DNA from: Patescibacteria group bacterium
GTDB lineage: Bacteria > Patescibacteriota > Patescibacteriia > UBA10025 > JAHIVO01
DNA length: 64,000 bases
Direction: 5' to 3'
Assembly: GCA_043808365.1 (NCBI GenBank)
Contig: JAZDEZ010000007.1
Location: 9,637 to 73,636, forward strand
The translations under genes and the position numbers were made by a program. Each line of letters opens with the position of its first letter. Position 1 is the stretch's first letter. The notes below the pieces were generated by a model that searched no databases, was not told the DNA's origin, and saw only the letters and a program-made list of their open reading frames with translations. This document shows positions 17,205 through 26,845 of the stretch, piece after piece.

Positions 17205-18776
17205 TTATTTTTTCCTTTCAATCACCGTCACCACCCCGTGGTTGCCGTTGACCTCGACGATGTCGCCGTCATGCAGCACTTCAGTAGCGATCTTCGTTCC
17301 GATGACGCAGGGGATATTCAATTCTCTTGCCACAATGGCCGCGTGGCAGGTGACGCCGCCTTCATTCGTAACGATGGCAGCCGCCTTTTTCATGCCCATG
17401 ATGTAGTCCGGCCGGGTCATCACGGCTACCAGCACATCGCCGGGTTTTACTTTTTTCGTTTCGGTGGCGGACTTCACGATTTTAACCGGCCCGCGAGCCA
17501 CTCCCCGGTTTGCTGACAGGCCGCGGAAATCGTTGACCGCCTGCAACGATTTTTTCTCAAAAATCTTTTTAAACATGCCACGGGCATCCGAGGTAATGAC
17601 TTCATATTTGTCCTTGCCTATTTGCAGCCACAGGCATTTCTTCCACCGGTCCCGCGCTTCTTTGGGCGTCACAAACGGTTTTTTCGTAAACAGGGAATCG
17701 ACTTCCGGCGGCGCCAGATACTTCATTTCGTGTAATGTAAAGCCAAACCGTCTGCCGATTTCTTTCAGAATAATACTACCAAAATGCGTGGACCAGTAGG
17801 TCATTTTTTTCCGGTTATCCTGCCAATAGGTGAAATCCTCAGAAATTTCTAAGAGTACACGAATTTTTTTAGAAGGTTTCAGCTTTTTAATCAGCAACTG
17901 CTTTTCCCGCAAACTATTTTTTGGCGTATTTACAATCTGGTTAATTTGCTGGCCGATGTTAATGCCCGATTTGAACACTGCCTTCAGCTCCGCCACCCAT
18001 TTATCGACATCCAAATAATTGTTATGGACATAATTATTTTTACTCCAGAAATAATCCCGTTCCTGCTTTTCCAATAACTTAAAAATAACCGGATACCGGC
18101 GGACAATCTTCTGCAAGCTTCTAATCGGAAGCTTTCGGAAACTGCCGGCCAAAGCCGGTATTTTTTCAATCCTGAAAGCGATGCGCAACAAAGCTACTTC
18201 CGCCTCGTTGATGAACGAATGGTGCACCGGCGCGGTCAGCACGGAAAAATACCTGGACAATTGTTTTTCCAGTCCCCTGGATTTCAACAAAGTCATAAGC
18301 TCTTTTTGGATCAGGAAATCCGTACCAAGGGCGAAACCATCAATAATCGAACTTGAGGTAACGAACTTTAAATCGCGTTTAATATATTCATCGTACAACC
18401 TTACTAACGGCGCATTGTCCAATTGTTTCAGGTGATCCCAATCGGTCTCCAAGCACAAACCGTAAAATGCCGCTTCATCCTCTGACCAGCGCTTCATCAG
18501 TTTCTTGGTGAAATGGTTTTCGCGCATGGCCAAACCAACCAACCGTTTGGCAATACGGTCAATGTCCTCCTGGTCAATGTACCAGTCGGATTTGTCCTGC
18601 TCGAACAAACCAAAATGGCTGGTGGCGTGGCAGCCTTCTTTTCGCGCTTCCGGCGTCAGTTCAGCCATGGAAATGAGGAAAATAAAATGCGGTGCGCCGT
18701 CAAACCGTTGATGGTACCATTTTTTACGCTGGATATGCGGCAAATATCGTCTGAGTAACCCTTTTACTAAATGCAT
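17205..18776 (-). CDS. swivel-domain paralog 4 of 8
   Basis: 523 aa. The C-terminus is GDVLVAVMTRPDYIMGMKKAAAIVTNEGGVTCHAAIVARELNIPCVIGT. Internal islands are YFWSKNNY and YWQDNRK. Confidence 0.8.
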   Translation of the reverse strand: MHLVKGLLRRYLPHIQRKKWYHQRFDGAPHFIFLISMAELTPEARKEGCHATSHFGLFEQDKSDWYIDQEDIDRIAKRLVGLAMRENHFTKKLMKRWSEDEAAFYGLCLETDWDHLKQLDNAPLVRLYDEYIKRDLKFVTSSSIIDGFALGTDFLIQKELMTLLKSRGLEKQLSRYFSVLTAPVHHSFINEAEVALLRIAFRIEKIPALAGSFRKLPIRSLQKIVRRYPVIFKLLEKQERDYFWSKNNYVHNNYLDVDKWVAELKAVFKSGINIGQQINQIVNTPKNSLREKQLLIKKLKPSKKIRVLLEISEDFTYWQDNRKKMTYWSTHFGSIILKEIGRRFGFTLHEMKYLAPPEVDSLFTKKPFVTPKEARDRWKKCLWLQIGKDKYEVITSDARGMFKKIFEKKSLQAVNDFRGLSANRGVARGPVKIVKSATETKKVKPGDVLVAVMTRPDYIMGMKKAAAIVTNEGGVTCHAAIVARELNIPCVIGTKIATEVLHDGDIVEVNGNHGVVTVIERKK

Positions 18777-18902
18777 AGGGTGGATAATTTATGCAATAAT
18801 TATAGCTTTTTTTACACAAATTACCATTAAAGGTTTGCAAGGCTTTAGCTTTTCTAAAACCTGTCATGGAATTTAAAACACGGAATCGGCCTGTTTGCCA
18901 GC

Positions 18903-20402
18903 TTACTTTCTGATAATTCTAACTGAACTATGATTGGCGTTTACCTCAATCAAATCACCATCCTTTAACACTTTCGTGGCATTGCCGGTGCCGACCACGC
19001 AAGGTATGCCCAGTTCGCGGGAAACAATGGCCGCGTGGCAGGTTACCCCGCCCTCGTCAGTAATAACCGCCCCGGCTTTTCTCATGGCCGGCACGTACTC
19101 CGGACTGGTCATGGACGCCACTAAAATATCTCCCGGCTTGACTTTTTCAATACCGTCAATGCCCTGGACCACTTTAACGATGCCGACCAGCTTACCTGAT
19201 GACGCAATTACTCCTTCCAAAAATGCGGGCGCTTTTTTAATCCGTTCTAGGCGGGAGTTTAATAAATTCCTTGCTTTAACCCCCAATAATAGGTCAACCT
19301 TATCACCGTGCCAATAGGCTAACGAGTGTCGATAGCGTTTTTTCAGAACATCAATGCCAACTTTTTTTTCATTAACTAACGCGGCGGCAAGCTCATTCGG
19401 CAGATAATATTGGATCAACTCCCGGCTTACGCCAAACCGCCGGCTGATTTCCTCAAAAAGCGCCGAGATGTAGTAATGCGCCTGGGTGAATATTTCCTTT
19501 TTATAATCAAGCAAAAAAGCCGCTTGGCGCATGCATCGAAAAAGTTTCCTGTGATAGCCGTCAAGGCGCAGCCTGTCCTCGCATTGCTTCTGTTCGGCCA
19601 CAAGTTTGGTAAAATATTCTTTGCTTTTTTCCAGGTCGTTCTCGATATTTCTTTCTCTGATAATTTTCCCTAAAACCTTTTTGAAATAAGCCGCGTCCCA
19701 TGTGTATACGCCGTAATCATACGGCACCCAGAAATACCGATCAACATGCCTCTTGATTGACTTATTTAAATCTTTTTTTTTGCTGGTTATCGCACGATGC
19801 GCGATCCGCAACAGTTCATCCTCTTCTCTTTTGACAAACGACTTGATCGGAGAAGCAATTAGCAAATTATAATATCGCAAAGCCTCACACTTATCAGGTA
19901 CTATTTTTTTTAAATGCTTTTCAAGATATCCGGCCAGTATGTCATTCAGGCTTATGACCATCGGCTCGCTGTAAAGGTAGGCAGCTTCGTATCGGCGCAA
20001 ATATCCCTGAAACAGGCGGAATAATTGATGATTTGACGCTCGGCTGAAACCAATCCTGACAATTCCGCTGGCAAATTTCAATAATTGAGGGGCTAATTTT
20101 TTAAATTTGTTGATAGTCTTTTTGATAATCCCGGGATCTCTTTTAATCATTTGGAAACTCATTTGGGAGACTGCTTTTAATCCGCTGGCGGAAGCGTACC
20201 AGAACATTGTCCCGTTTTTATATGAGGCTATAGTGGGCCCAAAGCTCCTACCGGCGAATAATTTTTTCATTGAATAAGCGTAGACCCTGCCGATTACGTA
20301 AGCATTGGGTAAAAAATGGATTTGCTGCTTCTTTTGCACTAGTAAATAGTCTTGTTTCATACCGTCCACTCTCACATTGTATATTTGAAACTTATAGACC
20401 AA
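18903..20402 (-). CDS. swivel-domain paralog 5 of 8
   Basis: 499 aa; the start is uncertain, with an alternative MKQDYLL at 20360. The C-terminus is [49 protein letters not shown]. Confidence 0.8.
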   Translation of the reverse strand: MVYKFQIYNVRVDGMKQDYLLVQKKQQIHFLPNAYVIGRVYAYSMKKLFAGRSFGPTIASYKNGTMFWYASASGLKAVSQMSFQMIKRDPGIIKKTINKFKKLAPQLLKFASGIVRIGFSRASNHQLFRLFQGYLRRYEAAYLYSEPMVISLNDILAGYLEKHLKKIVPDKCEALRYYNLLIASPIKSFVKREEDELLRIAHRAITSKKKDLNKSIKRHVDRYFWVPYDYGVYTWDAAYFKKVLGKIIRERNIENDLEKSKEYFTKLVAEQKQCEDRLRLDGYHRKLFRCMRQAAFLLDYKKEIFTQAHYYISALFEEISRRFGVSRELIQYYLPNELAAALVNEKKVGIDVLKKRYRHSLAYWHGDKVDLLLGVKARNLLNSRLERIKKAPAFLEGVIASSGKLVGIVKVVQGIDGIEKVKPGDILVASMTSPEYVPAMRKAGAVITDEGGVTCHAAIVSRELGIPCVVGTGNATKVLKDGDLIEVNANHSSVRIIRK

Positions 20403-20506
20403 CTCATGGTTCGAATCGCAAATGTCCGTTTTATAAAAAAATTCTCTGCTGCCTTTTCACAATCCTATTTATGGTCCGCCAGAGGCGGACTCCGCGAGGT
20501 GCAATG

Positions 20507-20542
20507 TTACAATTTCTTTACAACACCTCGCTCCGCATCCAC
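20507..20542 (-). pseudogene. 3'-terminal stub of a lost swivel-domain paralog
   Basis: The minus strand reads gtg gat gcg gag cga ggt gtt gta aag aaa ttg taa, which is VDAERGVVKKL*. Paralog 8 ends VDAERGVVRKL*. This stub and its 3' flank (20473-20543) align at roughly 80% with 25390-25465 by eye. Confidence 0.6.
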
Positions 20543-20609
20543 CCCGCACCACTGAAGGGTGCGGGGTTGCCGTGAATTCTTTAGTGGTTCAGGGCACCGA
20601 CAAACACAA

Positions 20610-20672
20610 TTAATGTTTTAATTTCCGCACAACGCCTTGAGTAGCGTCAACCTCCACCCGGTCTCCGTCTGC
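20610..20672 (-). pseudogene. second 3'-terminal stub of a lost swivel-domain paralog
   Basis: The minus strand reads [20 protein letters not shown]. Intact copies end ...[20 protein letters not shown]. No upstream homologous body is present. Confidence 0.6.
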
Positions 20673-20758
20673 CGATTTCGTCACCAAAAACAAACGAAGT
20701 GCAGTTTGAGGTGGTGCGAAATCGAGCATCCCGACCCGCCACTGGGCGGGGAGGGATC

Positions 20759-22252
20759 TCACTTTTTTAACTTTTTAATAATACCTTTAGTCGCATCTAC
20801 TTCAACTCTGTCCCCATCCTTTAACACTTTCGTGGCCATTTGGGTGCCGACCACGCAGGGGATTTTCAATTCGCGGGAAACAATAGCCGCGTGGCAGGTC
20901 AGGCCGCCTTCATCGGCGATGATAGCCTTAGCCCGGCGGATGGCGCTGATGTATTCCGGAGCAGTCATAGTAGTGACTAAGATGCGGCCCGGGGGGAAGC
21001 GCCGCAGATCGGCGTGGTGCCGCACCAGAAAAACGCGGCCCCTGACCGGCTGGCCAGCTGAAAAAACAACCAAACCCTCCAGCTCCCTGCCTTTGGTAGC
21101 GGCTCGGCGCTGCCAATAGCGACGGCTGATTATTTGCGCGGCCCGCCCGGTGAAGGAGTGAAAAACTCTGCTGTTATAGTGCACGACAAACAGGCGCCGG
21201 CGCGATTTTAGCTCCTTAATCAGGCCTGCAGAGGGATGAAGGTTTATTTCCCGGTACCAGGCCATATGGTAGAGCGCCGGCGCCACTTGGTTGCGCCTGG
21301 AGAATTCATGCACAAATAAATCTAAATAATGAAGATAACAGAAAATCAAGCCTTTCCGCTGGTCCTGCCACCAGATGCAATACGCTAAACCATCACTGAT
21401 TTTTTTTATTAGCTTTTTCCGGCGCACCAGGGACAACGCCTGGCGTTGGTTAGTTTGGGCGAACGCCAGCTGACGGTAAATCTCCGATATCTGGCGGGCT
21501 GGACTTAATTTTTTCTTCATAAAATGCCTGATCCGGCCCAAGAAATGTGCCTCTGGCATGACCCGGACCGCTCCGTAACTATTCCCAATCCAAAAATATT
21601 TCCGGCAATGCGCCGTTAACCGGTGTTGAAAATCTTTTTTGCCGTAACGGCTGGCGACTTTTAACAAAGAAATTTCCTCCTCCTGGTAAAAAGACGGCTT
21701 CATCGGCGCGCTCAGGTGCGAGAGCGCGAGCATCTGCTTCTGTCCAGCCAGGCCTTCTTCGGCTAATTCCCGTTTCAAAATCGCCTCACCGCCGTAAGCG
21801 CTTATTTCCGGAACAACGCCGGGCTCCCAAAATTTAAAGATTAACCTGTTCAAGAGCCGCCAATCGCGCTCTAACGCCGCCCCTGACATTTTCCTCAAGG
21901 TCAGAGCGTCAAATTTCCCGCAAAAGGAATAAAGCCGGCTGACGCGCAGCTGCCACAGCTTGAAAAATTTCCGCCGCTTCCCGGTTAAAATTATCTTTCT
22001 GAACATCTCGCTGCCTGTTTTTTGCAACGGCTCCAATTCATTAACGAAAAGCATCCTGCCGCCCCTGAAAATCTCGTAGCCCGGGGGCCAAACATAGTGG
22101 TGAGGCCGGCCGGGATAATCGTGAAAAATCGACAGCCAAGCGTCGACATTTATCAAATACCCCGGGATAGGCCCCCAGCGGAAAAGCGGTTCTTTTAAAT
22201 CATGCATAATATCTATATTTTCCATTATTAAACGTAAAAAATCAAGCACCAT
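20759..22252 (-). CDS. swivel-domain paralog 6 of 8
   Basis: 497 aa; the true start is possibly MHDLKEPLF at 22207. The C-terminus is [49 protein letters not shown]. Internal islands are YFWIGNSY and WWQDQRK. Confidence 0.8.
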   Translation of the reverse strand: MVLDFLRLIMENIDIMHDLKEPLFRWGPIPGYLINVDAWLSIFHDYPGRPHHYVWPPGYEIFRGGRMLFVNELEPLQKTGSEMFRKIILTGKRRKFFKLWQLRVSRLYSFCGKFDALTLRKMSGAALERDWRLLNRLIFKFWEPGVVPEISAYGGEAILKRELAEEGLAGQKQMLALSHLSAPMKPSFYQEEEISLLKVASRYGKKDFQHRLTAHCRKYFWIGNSYGAVRVMPEAHFLGRIRHFMKKKLSPARQISEIYRQLAFAQTNQRQALSLVRRKKLIKKISDGLAYCIWWQDQRKGLIFCYLHYLDLFVHEFSRRNQVAPALYHMAWYREINLHPSAGLIKELKSRRRLFVVHYNSRVFHSFTGRAAQIISRRYWQRRAATKGRELEGLVVFSAGQPVRGRVFLVRHHADLRRFPPGRILVTTMTAPEYISAIRRAKAIIADEGGLTCHAAIVSRELKIPCVVGTQMATKVLKDGDRVEVDATKGIIKKLKK

Positions 22253-22438
22253 TACCGCTAAACAGGCGCCATGATCCGTCTACTAAAAGCAGCCTATTTT
22301 TAATAACCCAAAACCGTCCGGACAACTGCCAGCCTTTTCTAATGGCGGAATATGTGCAACAAAACCCGCGAGGAATAGTTTTCCTGCTCTGCCGTCCCCT
22401 CAACAAGCGCGCCTTCTCTCATCCTTGATTCCATAGAT

Positions 22439-23731
22439 TTATATCATTATTTCGTTTAACATTTTCTTGTCCTCCTCCATCTGTGCGATCAAATCTTCCT
22501 TGGACTGGAATTTTTTCACCTCGCGGATTTTCTCCAGCACCTCCACCCGTACCTCTTGGTTATGCAGTTCACCGTTGAAATTGTGGAGATACAATTCCAG
22601 CGATAATTTGTCATTGAAAGTTTCCTTGAAACCGAAATGCAGGAGCGCCGGATAAATTTTCCCATCAGCGGCTACTTTCGCGGTATAAATGCCATGGGTT
22701 AAATCCAAATCAGTCTTGTCCAGGTTCACCGTCGGCGTGCCCAAACTTTTGCCCCGGCCTTCGCCGGCAATAGCCTTGGCCGTAAAATTGACGGTTTTGA
22801 CCTTCCCGCGACGGACCACCATATACATAGCGCCAATCAAAACAATAGCGGCGCCAATCTGCGTGGCATTCAGCGTATTGTGGTTGAAAAAATAATCCAG
22901 AATCACCGCGGAGAACGGCCAGAACAGCTCGCAAATCGTGGCGACGGAAGCGCTTACCCGGCGCAAGCCAAAGTAGTAGAAGAACATGGCCACCGCGCCG
23001 CTGGTAAAGACAATCAAGGCGAACATCCACCACTGTGTACTGGAAACGATTGAATACTGGCTGAAACCGCTGGAAAAAATCAGATACACGCCAGTAATGA
23101 TAATGGTCAGCCCGAAACGTAATGCGGCCGTGCTCTTGAAATCCAAGTGATTAACCAGCCGCTTGCCGAACACCGTGGACGAACCGAAAGCAAATGCCGC
23201 TACAATTGCATAAAACGCGGCGCTATGCCAGAAATCGATGTCGCTCAGCACAAAGCCGTGTTTGCCAAATGCAAGAAAATAAGCGGCTACTACCGCCAGG
23301 CCCGCCCATGCATAAAACTGCTTGGAAAGTTTTTCCTTGAGCAACAAACGGGCTATTAATAGCGCAAATAGCGGCTGGAGTTTTTGCAAAATAACTACCG
23401 TGGCAAAGGTGACTACGCCGTCCATCGCGGAAAAAAATGCCTGGGTGATGGCCAATGTCCCCAGAAACCCGCCGAAAAAACTGACCCACATCGCCGCGCC
23501 CCAGCTTTTCCTGTCTAAATTCTTCAGCTGTCGCAGTCTGGGGATTAAAAATGGCACCAGTACGATAAATCCAAGCAAATGCTCGGTAAAAACGACCAGG
23601 CCGGCCGGCAAACTGTACAATTTTGGCCGGATGAACGTGCCGTCCAGGCTCCAGAACAAAGCGGCCAGCATTATTGCTAATGCTCCAACAAGCATGGTTG
23701 TATTGAATTTCTTGTTTAGCATCTGAGTCAT
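22439..23731 (-). CDS. fusion protein: 10-TM EamA/DMT-type transporter + C-terminal riboflavin kinase domain
   Basis: 430 aa. About 310 aa are polytopic with two EamA-like halves. The C-terminal part then reads GEGRGKSLGTPTVNL...HGIYTAKV...LELYLHNFNGELHNQEVRVEVLEKIREVKKFQSKEDLIAQMEEDKK. This matches riboflavin-kinase motifs (GrG..lG.PT.N; GvY; E.h...f.g.lY...i.v.f...iR.e.kF.s...L..qi..D). Confidence 0.75.
   Translation of the reverse strand: MTQMLNKKFNTTMLVGALAIMLAALFWSLDGTFIRPKLYSLPAGLVVFTEHLLGFIVLVPFLIPRLRQLKNLDRKSWGAAMWVSFFGGFLGTLAITQAFFSAMDGVVTFATVVILQKLQPLFALLIARLLLKEKLSKQFYAWAGLAVVAAYFLAFGKHGFVLSDIDFWHSAAFYAIVAAFAFGSSTVFGKRLVNHLDFKSTAALRFGLTIIITGVYLIFSSGFSQYSIVSSTQWWMFALIVFTSGAVAMFFYYFGLRRVSASVATICELFWPFSAVILDYFFNHNTLNATQIGAAIVLIGAMYMVVRRGKVKTVNFTAKAIAGEGRGKSLGTPTVNLDKTDLDLTHGIYTAKVAADGKIYPALLHFGFKETFNDKLSLELYLHNFNGELHNQEVRVEVLEKIREVKKFQSKEDLIAQMEEDKKMLNEIMI
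22442..22804 (-). other. riboflavin-kinase domain portion of the fusion ORF
   Basis: This is the last ~121 codons of ORF 22439..23731. The GEGRGKSLGTPTVNL motif is encoded around 22725-22770. Confidence 0.65.
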
Positions 23732-23746
23732 TGGTACATTGTAATG

Positions 23747-25309
23747 TTATTTTAACTTTTTTACAATCCCCTTTGTCGCGTCTACTTCAACCAAATCGCC
23801 GTCTTTCAAAACTTGTGTGGCGATTTTCGTGCCGATGATGCAGGGTTTTTTCAGTTCCCGGCTGACGATGGCCGCGTGACAGGAAATACCGCCCTCATCA
23901 GTGACAAATGCCGAAGCGACCTTCATGGCTGGCACATAGTCTGGCATGGTCATGCTAGTGACGAGGATATCCCCAAGTTTAACTTTAAAAGATTCCTTGC
24001 TAGAATGGAGTATTTTGACCGTGCCGCGGACGATCCCAATATATGCTGGCATACCTTTAATCTCAGACACGTTTTTAGTCGCGCCTTCAATATTATTCCG
24101 TATCATGCCTGCTAGCTGGAATGGAAGCAGGTATATTTTATTTTTATCAACAATAAATCCGTGGCCTCTTTTTCGACCAGTAATTGGCAACCTTTTAAAG
24201 AATGGCTTGGATAGAGCATCTAATGTCTCAAAATAGTACAATGCCATAATATCCTTCACGTTTATCGTCTTTGCGATACGCCACAAGATACTACGGATAC
24301 GGTACGCCCCTTCGATGATTACTTCGCGGCGGCGCAGTCGAAAATACGGCAAATCGCTTGCCAAACGGATCAAGGTGCGTGTTGATGAAGAAAACCTTAG
24401 TTCCCGCATCAGTTTCAGTTTTTCCTGCTTGGCCCTTTTTTCTTCCTTCATAAATATCGCATAACGCCTACATGGTTTATTTTTTACCATCTGGCGCAAT
24501 TCTACAATAAAATGCTTCAACGGCTCAATCTTCATTATCAAATAACTGTCTTCAGCCCAAGCGAATAAGTGAAAGATTTTTTCAACTTTTCGCTTGAGCT
24601 TGTTCAATGGAATCCTGCTCCACGATTTTTTTAAAATGTCCCGACGAAAGTTCGGTTGTTTAGCAATTTCCGCAGCTAAGACCATCATCGCTCTGTGTCG
24701 ACCTTCCAGTCCGGAAACACGAAATGGTCGGATCAGTTTCTGCAATATTTCCTGATATGCCGGCGAGGTCGGGAGGACAATCTTACCAAGCGCCTGTTCG
24801 ATGGTCTTGATAATCCAATCCTCCACGCCCAACGGCGGCCAAAGCGCACCCGCCACCATTTGTGATTCACGGACAAACACACTAAAAGCCCGGCGTAACT
24901 CATGGGGTGCATCTGTAGCCCCGTGCTGTTGTGCAACTCGGTCCATAATGACCAAATACCTAATGCACTCTTTATCGATTTCACGCAACATGCGTTTCAG
25001 AAATGAAATACTCCTACGGCACCGGTCTACCAGCAAATCGCGTAATTTAAAAAAATCCCCTTCCTCTGCATAGACATCTTCATTGAGTACTATTTGCACA
25101 CGCAAACAGTTATCATAGGAAAAGCGCGGATTTTTTAAAACTGCTCCCGTCCTGATCAGTGAAGTAAAAAGTGGAGAATTCGGCCGCTTTACGGCCTTGT
25201 AGAATTTTTTATCCTTCACAAGCTTGCGGAATACTGCTGGTACGACGTGATATCTCCTACCTTCAAAAGAATAAATTTTGAAAAATGGTAATTTGTTACT
25301 TGAAGTCAT
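23747..25309 (-). CDS. swivel-domain paralog 7 of 8
   Basis: 520 aa. The C-terminus is [49 protein letters not shown]. Confidence 0.8.
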   Translation of the reverse strand: MTSSNKLPFFKIYSFEGRRYHVVPAVFRKLVKDKKFYKAVKRPNSPLFTSLIRTGAVLKNPRFSYDNCLRVQIVLNEDVYAEEGDFFKLRDLLVDRCRRSISFLKRMLREIDKECIRYLVIMDRVAQQHGATDAPHELRRAFSVFVRESQMVAGALWPPLGVEDWIIKTIEQALGKIVLPTSPAYQEILQKLIRPFRVSGLEGRHRAMMVLAAEIAKQPNFRRDILKKSWSRIPLNKLKRKVEKIFHLFAWAEDSYLIMKIEPLKHFIVELRQMVKNKPCRRYAIFMKEEKRAKQEKLKLMRELRFSSSTRTLIRLASDLPYFRLRRREVIIEGAYRIRSILWRIAKTINVKDIMALYYFETLDALSKPFFKRLPITGRKRGHGFIVDKNKIYLLPFQLAGMIRNNIEGATKNVSEIKGMPAYIGIVRGTVKILHSSKESFKVKLGDILVTSMTMPDYVPAMKVASAFVTDEGGISCHAAIVSRELKKPCIIGTKIATQVLKDGDLVEVDATKGIVKKLK

Positions 25310-25341
25310 TTTTTAAAATTCATATTAAGTATAATGAGACA

Positions 25342-25371
25342 TTAATTTAATTTTTTAACAACGCCCTTATT
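25342..25371 (-). pseudogene. possible very short 3' stub of a swivel-domain paralog
   Basis: The minus strand reads aat aag ggc gtt gtt aaa aaa tta aat taa, which is NKGVVKKLN*. Family C-termini read TKGIVKKLK* and [10 protein letters not shown]. With only ~10 codons, chance resemblance is possible. Confidence 0.35.
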
Positions 25372-25426
25372 CGTCCTCCATAGGCGCCCGTCCGCCTCTG
25401 GAGGAGACTCCGCGAGACGTAATGAT

Positions 25427-26845
25427 TTATAATTTTCTTACGACGCCTCGCTCCGCATCCACCTCCACCCGGTCGCCATTTTTTAATACGCTCATCGCCT
25501 TATAAACGCCTATGACGCACGGTATTTTGAGCTCGCGCGAGACAATGGAAACGTGGGCGGTAATGCCGCCTTCCTCGGCCACTATAGCCGCCGCTTTTTT
25601 CATAATAGGCACGAAATCAGGGGTAGTGTTGTTAACCACGAGGATATTGCCTTTTTTGAATTTAGGAAAATCTTTCTGCGACCTGACAATACGCACTCGC
25701 CCACGGGCCAAGCCAGGGGAAGCCACGCGCCCCGACTTGAGCGAATGGCTAGTCTGGTAAAAACGAGATAGGAAATATTTTGCTTTTTTACCGTAAAAAA
25801 TTTCAAAACGCCCTTTATATGAATAGTACACATACAAGCCTTTTCTCTTTATTAAAACGTCTTGATCAGGCATCTGCCCGCTGGAAATCATGGTAAAAAC
25901 TTCCTCCACGCTCATCCGCCACATATCCCGGATCCTGACGCCGTATTTTTTCGACATGGCGGCAAAAACAGGCATGAAATAAAAATTCGCCAGATTTACC
26001 TGCAATTTGACGGCGTCCTTCAGGTATGGCATCATCGCTAACAATTTTCGTAACGGCCAGTGCCGACGTTTAACTAACATCCTAGCCTTATCCCGACGGC
26101 GTAAGCTTTGTTTTCGCTCAATATGCATTTCAGCCAGCACCTTTTCCGGCTGCCTGGAGCCCCAATACTTGATTTGCTGGATATAATAATTCAGCGGACG
26201 AGGCGCTTCATTATGCCAACCCATGGTACAAGCGCCAAATTGCCGATATATTTTTTTGGCCGAAGCGATAAGCTTCGTTTTTTTTCGGTCGTGCCGCCAG
26301 TGTAATGCGGCATGCAATATGGCCTCCTTTTCCTGCATAATGACCGAACTTTTTTCGGGGAATGACAGTGCCTGTATGATTTCCGCCGAAAGATAGCCAC
26401 AATGGTCGGCCATAAATTCCTGCAAAGCGGCATCCGTCTTTCTCAATATATTGATTCCCCTGATCGGCAGATACCTGGCCTGAAGATAGCATAAAAACAA
26501 ACAGCCCAATACCGAAGGCCGGACTTCGCCATGCCAATTATCAACCTCACTTTTTAGCGCTTTGACCGTCCGGCACGACTCCACATACTGCCGAGTAAGC
26601 CAGGCCGGGTGATTCCAATACCGTAAAAATATTTTTCTAAAAGGGCGCCGAAGGTTGTCTTTTGGATGGAAAAAATTAATGCGTTCTTTCCGGGAAACGC
26701 CGATGTAATTCGATTTCGGCAGGTATTTATCGCTATACGACACCGCATGATCAGCCGTACTCAATAATAGAAAATACCCCGGCCTGTCCGCGAAATCAAG
26801 ACAGTCCGTTTCCTGTAAGTATTTTTTACCCCAAATTTTCATCAT
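25427..26845 (-). CDS. swivel-domain paralog 8 of 8 (most divergent swivel motif)
   Basis: 472 aa. The C-terminus is [49 protein letters not shown], with the His retained. The start ATGATG overlaps the TGA of the upstream mini-ORF. Confidence 0.8.
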   Translation of the reverse strand: MMKIWGKKYLQETDCLDFADRPGYFLLLSTADHAVSYSDKYLPKSNYIGVSRKERINFFHPKDNLRRPFRKIFLRYWNHPAWLTRQYVESCRTVKALKSEVDNWHGEVRPSVLGCLFLCYLQARYLPIRGINILRKTDAALQEFMADHCGYLSAEIIQALSFPEKSSVIMQEKEAILHAALHWRHDRKKTKLIASAKKIYRQFGACTMGWHNEAPRPLNYYIQQIKYWGSRQPEKVLAEMHIERKQSLRRRDKARMLVKRRHWPLRKLLAMMPYLKDAVKLQVNLANFYFMPVFAAMSKKYGVRIRDMWRMSVEEVFTMISSGQMPDQDVLIKRKGLYVYYSYKGRFEIFYGKKAKYFLSRFYQTSHSLKSGRVASPGLARGRVRIVRSQKDFPKFKKGNILVVNNTTPDFVPIMKKAAAIVAEEGGITAHVSIVSRELKIPCVIGVYKAMSVLKNGDRVEVDAERGVVRKL

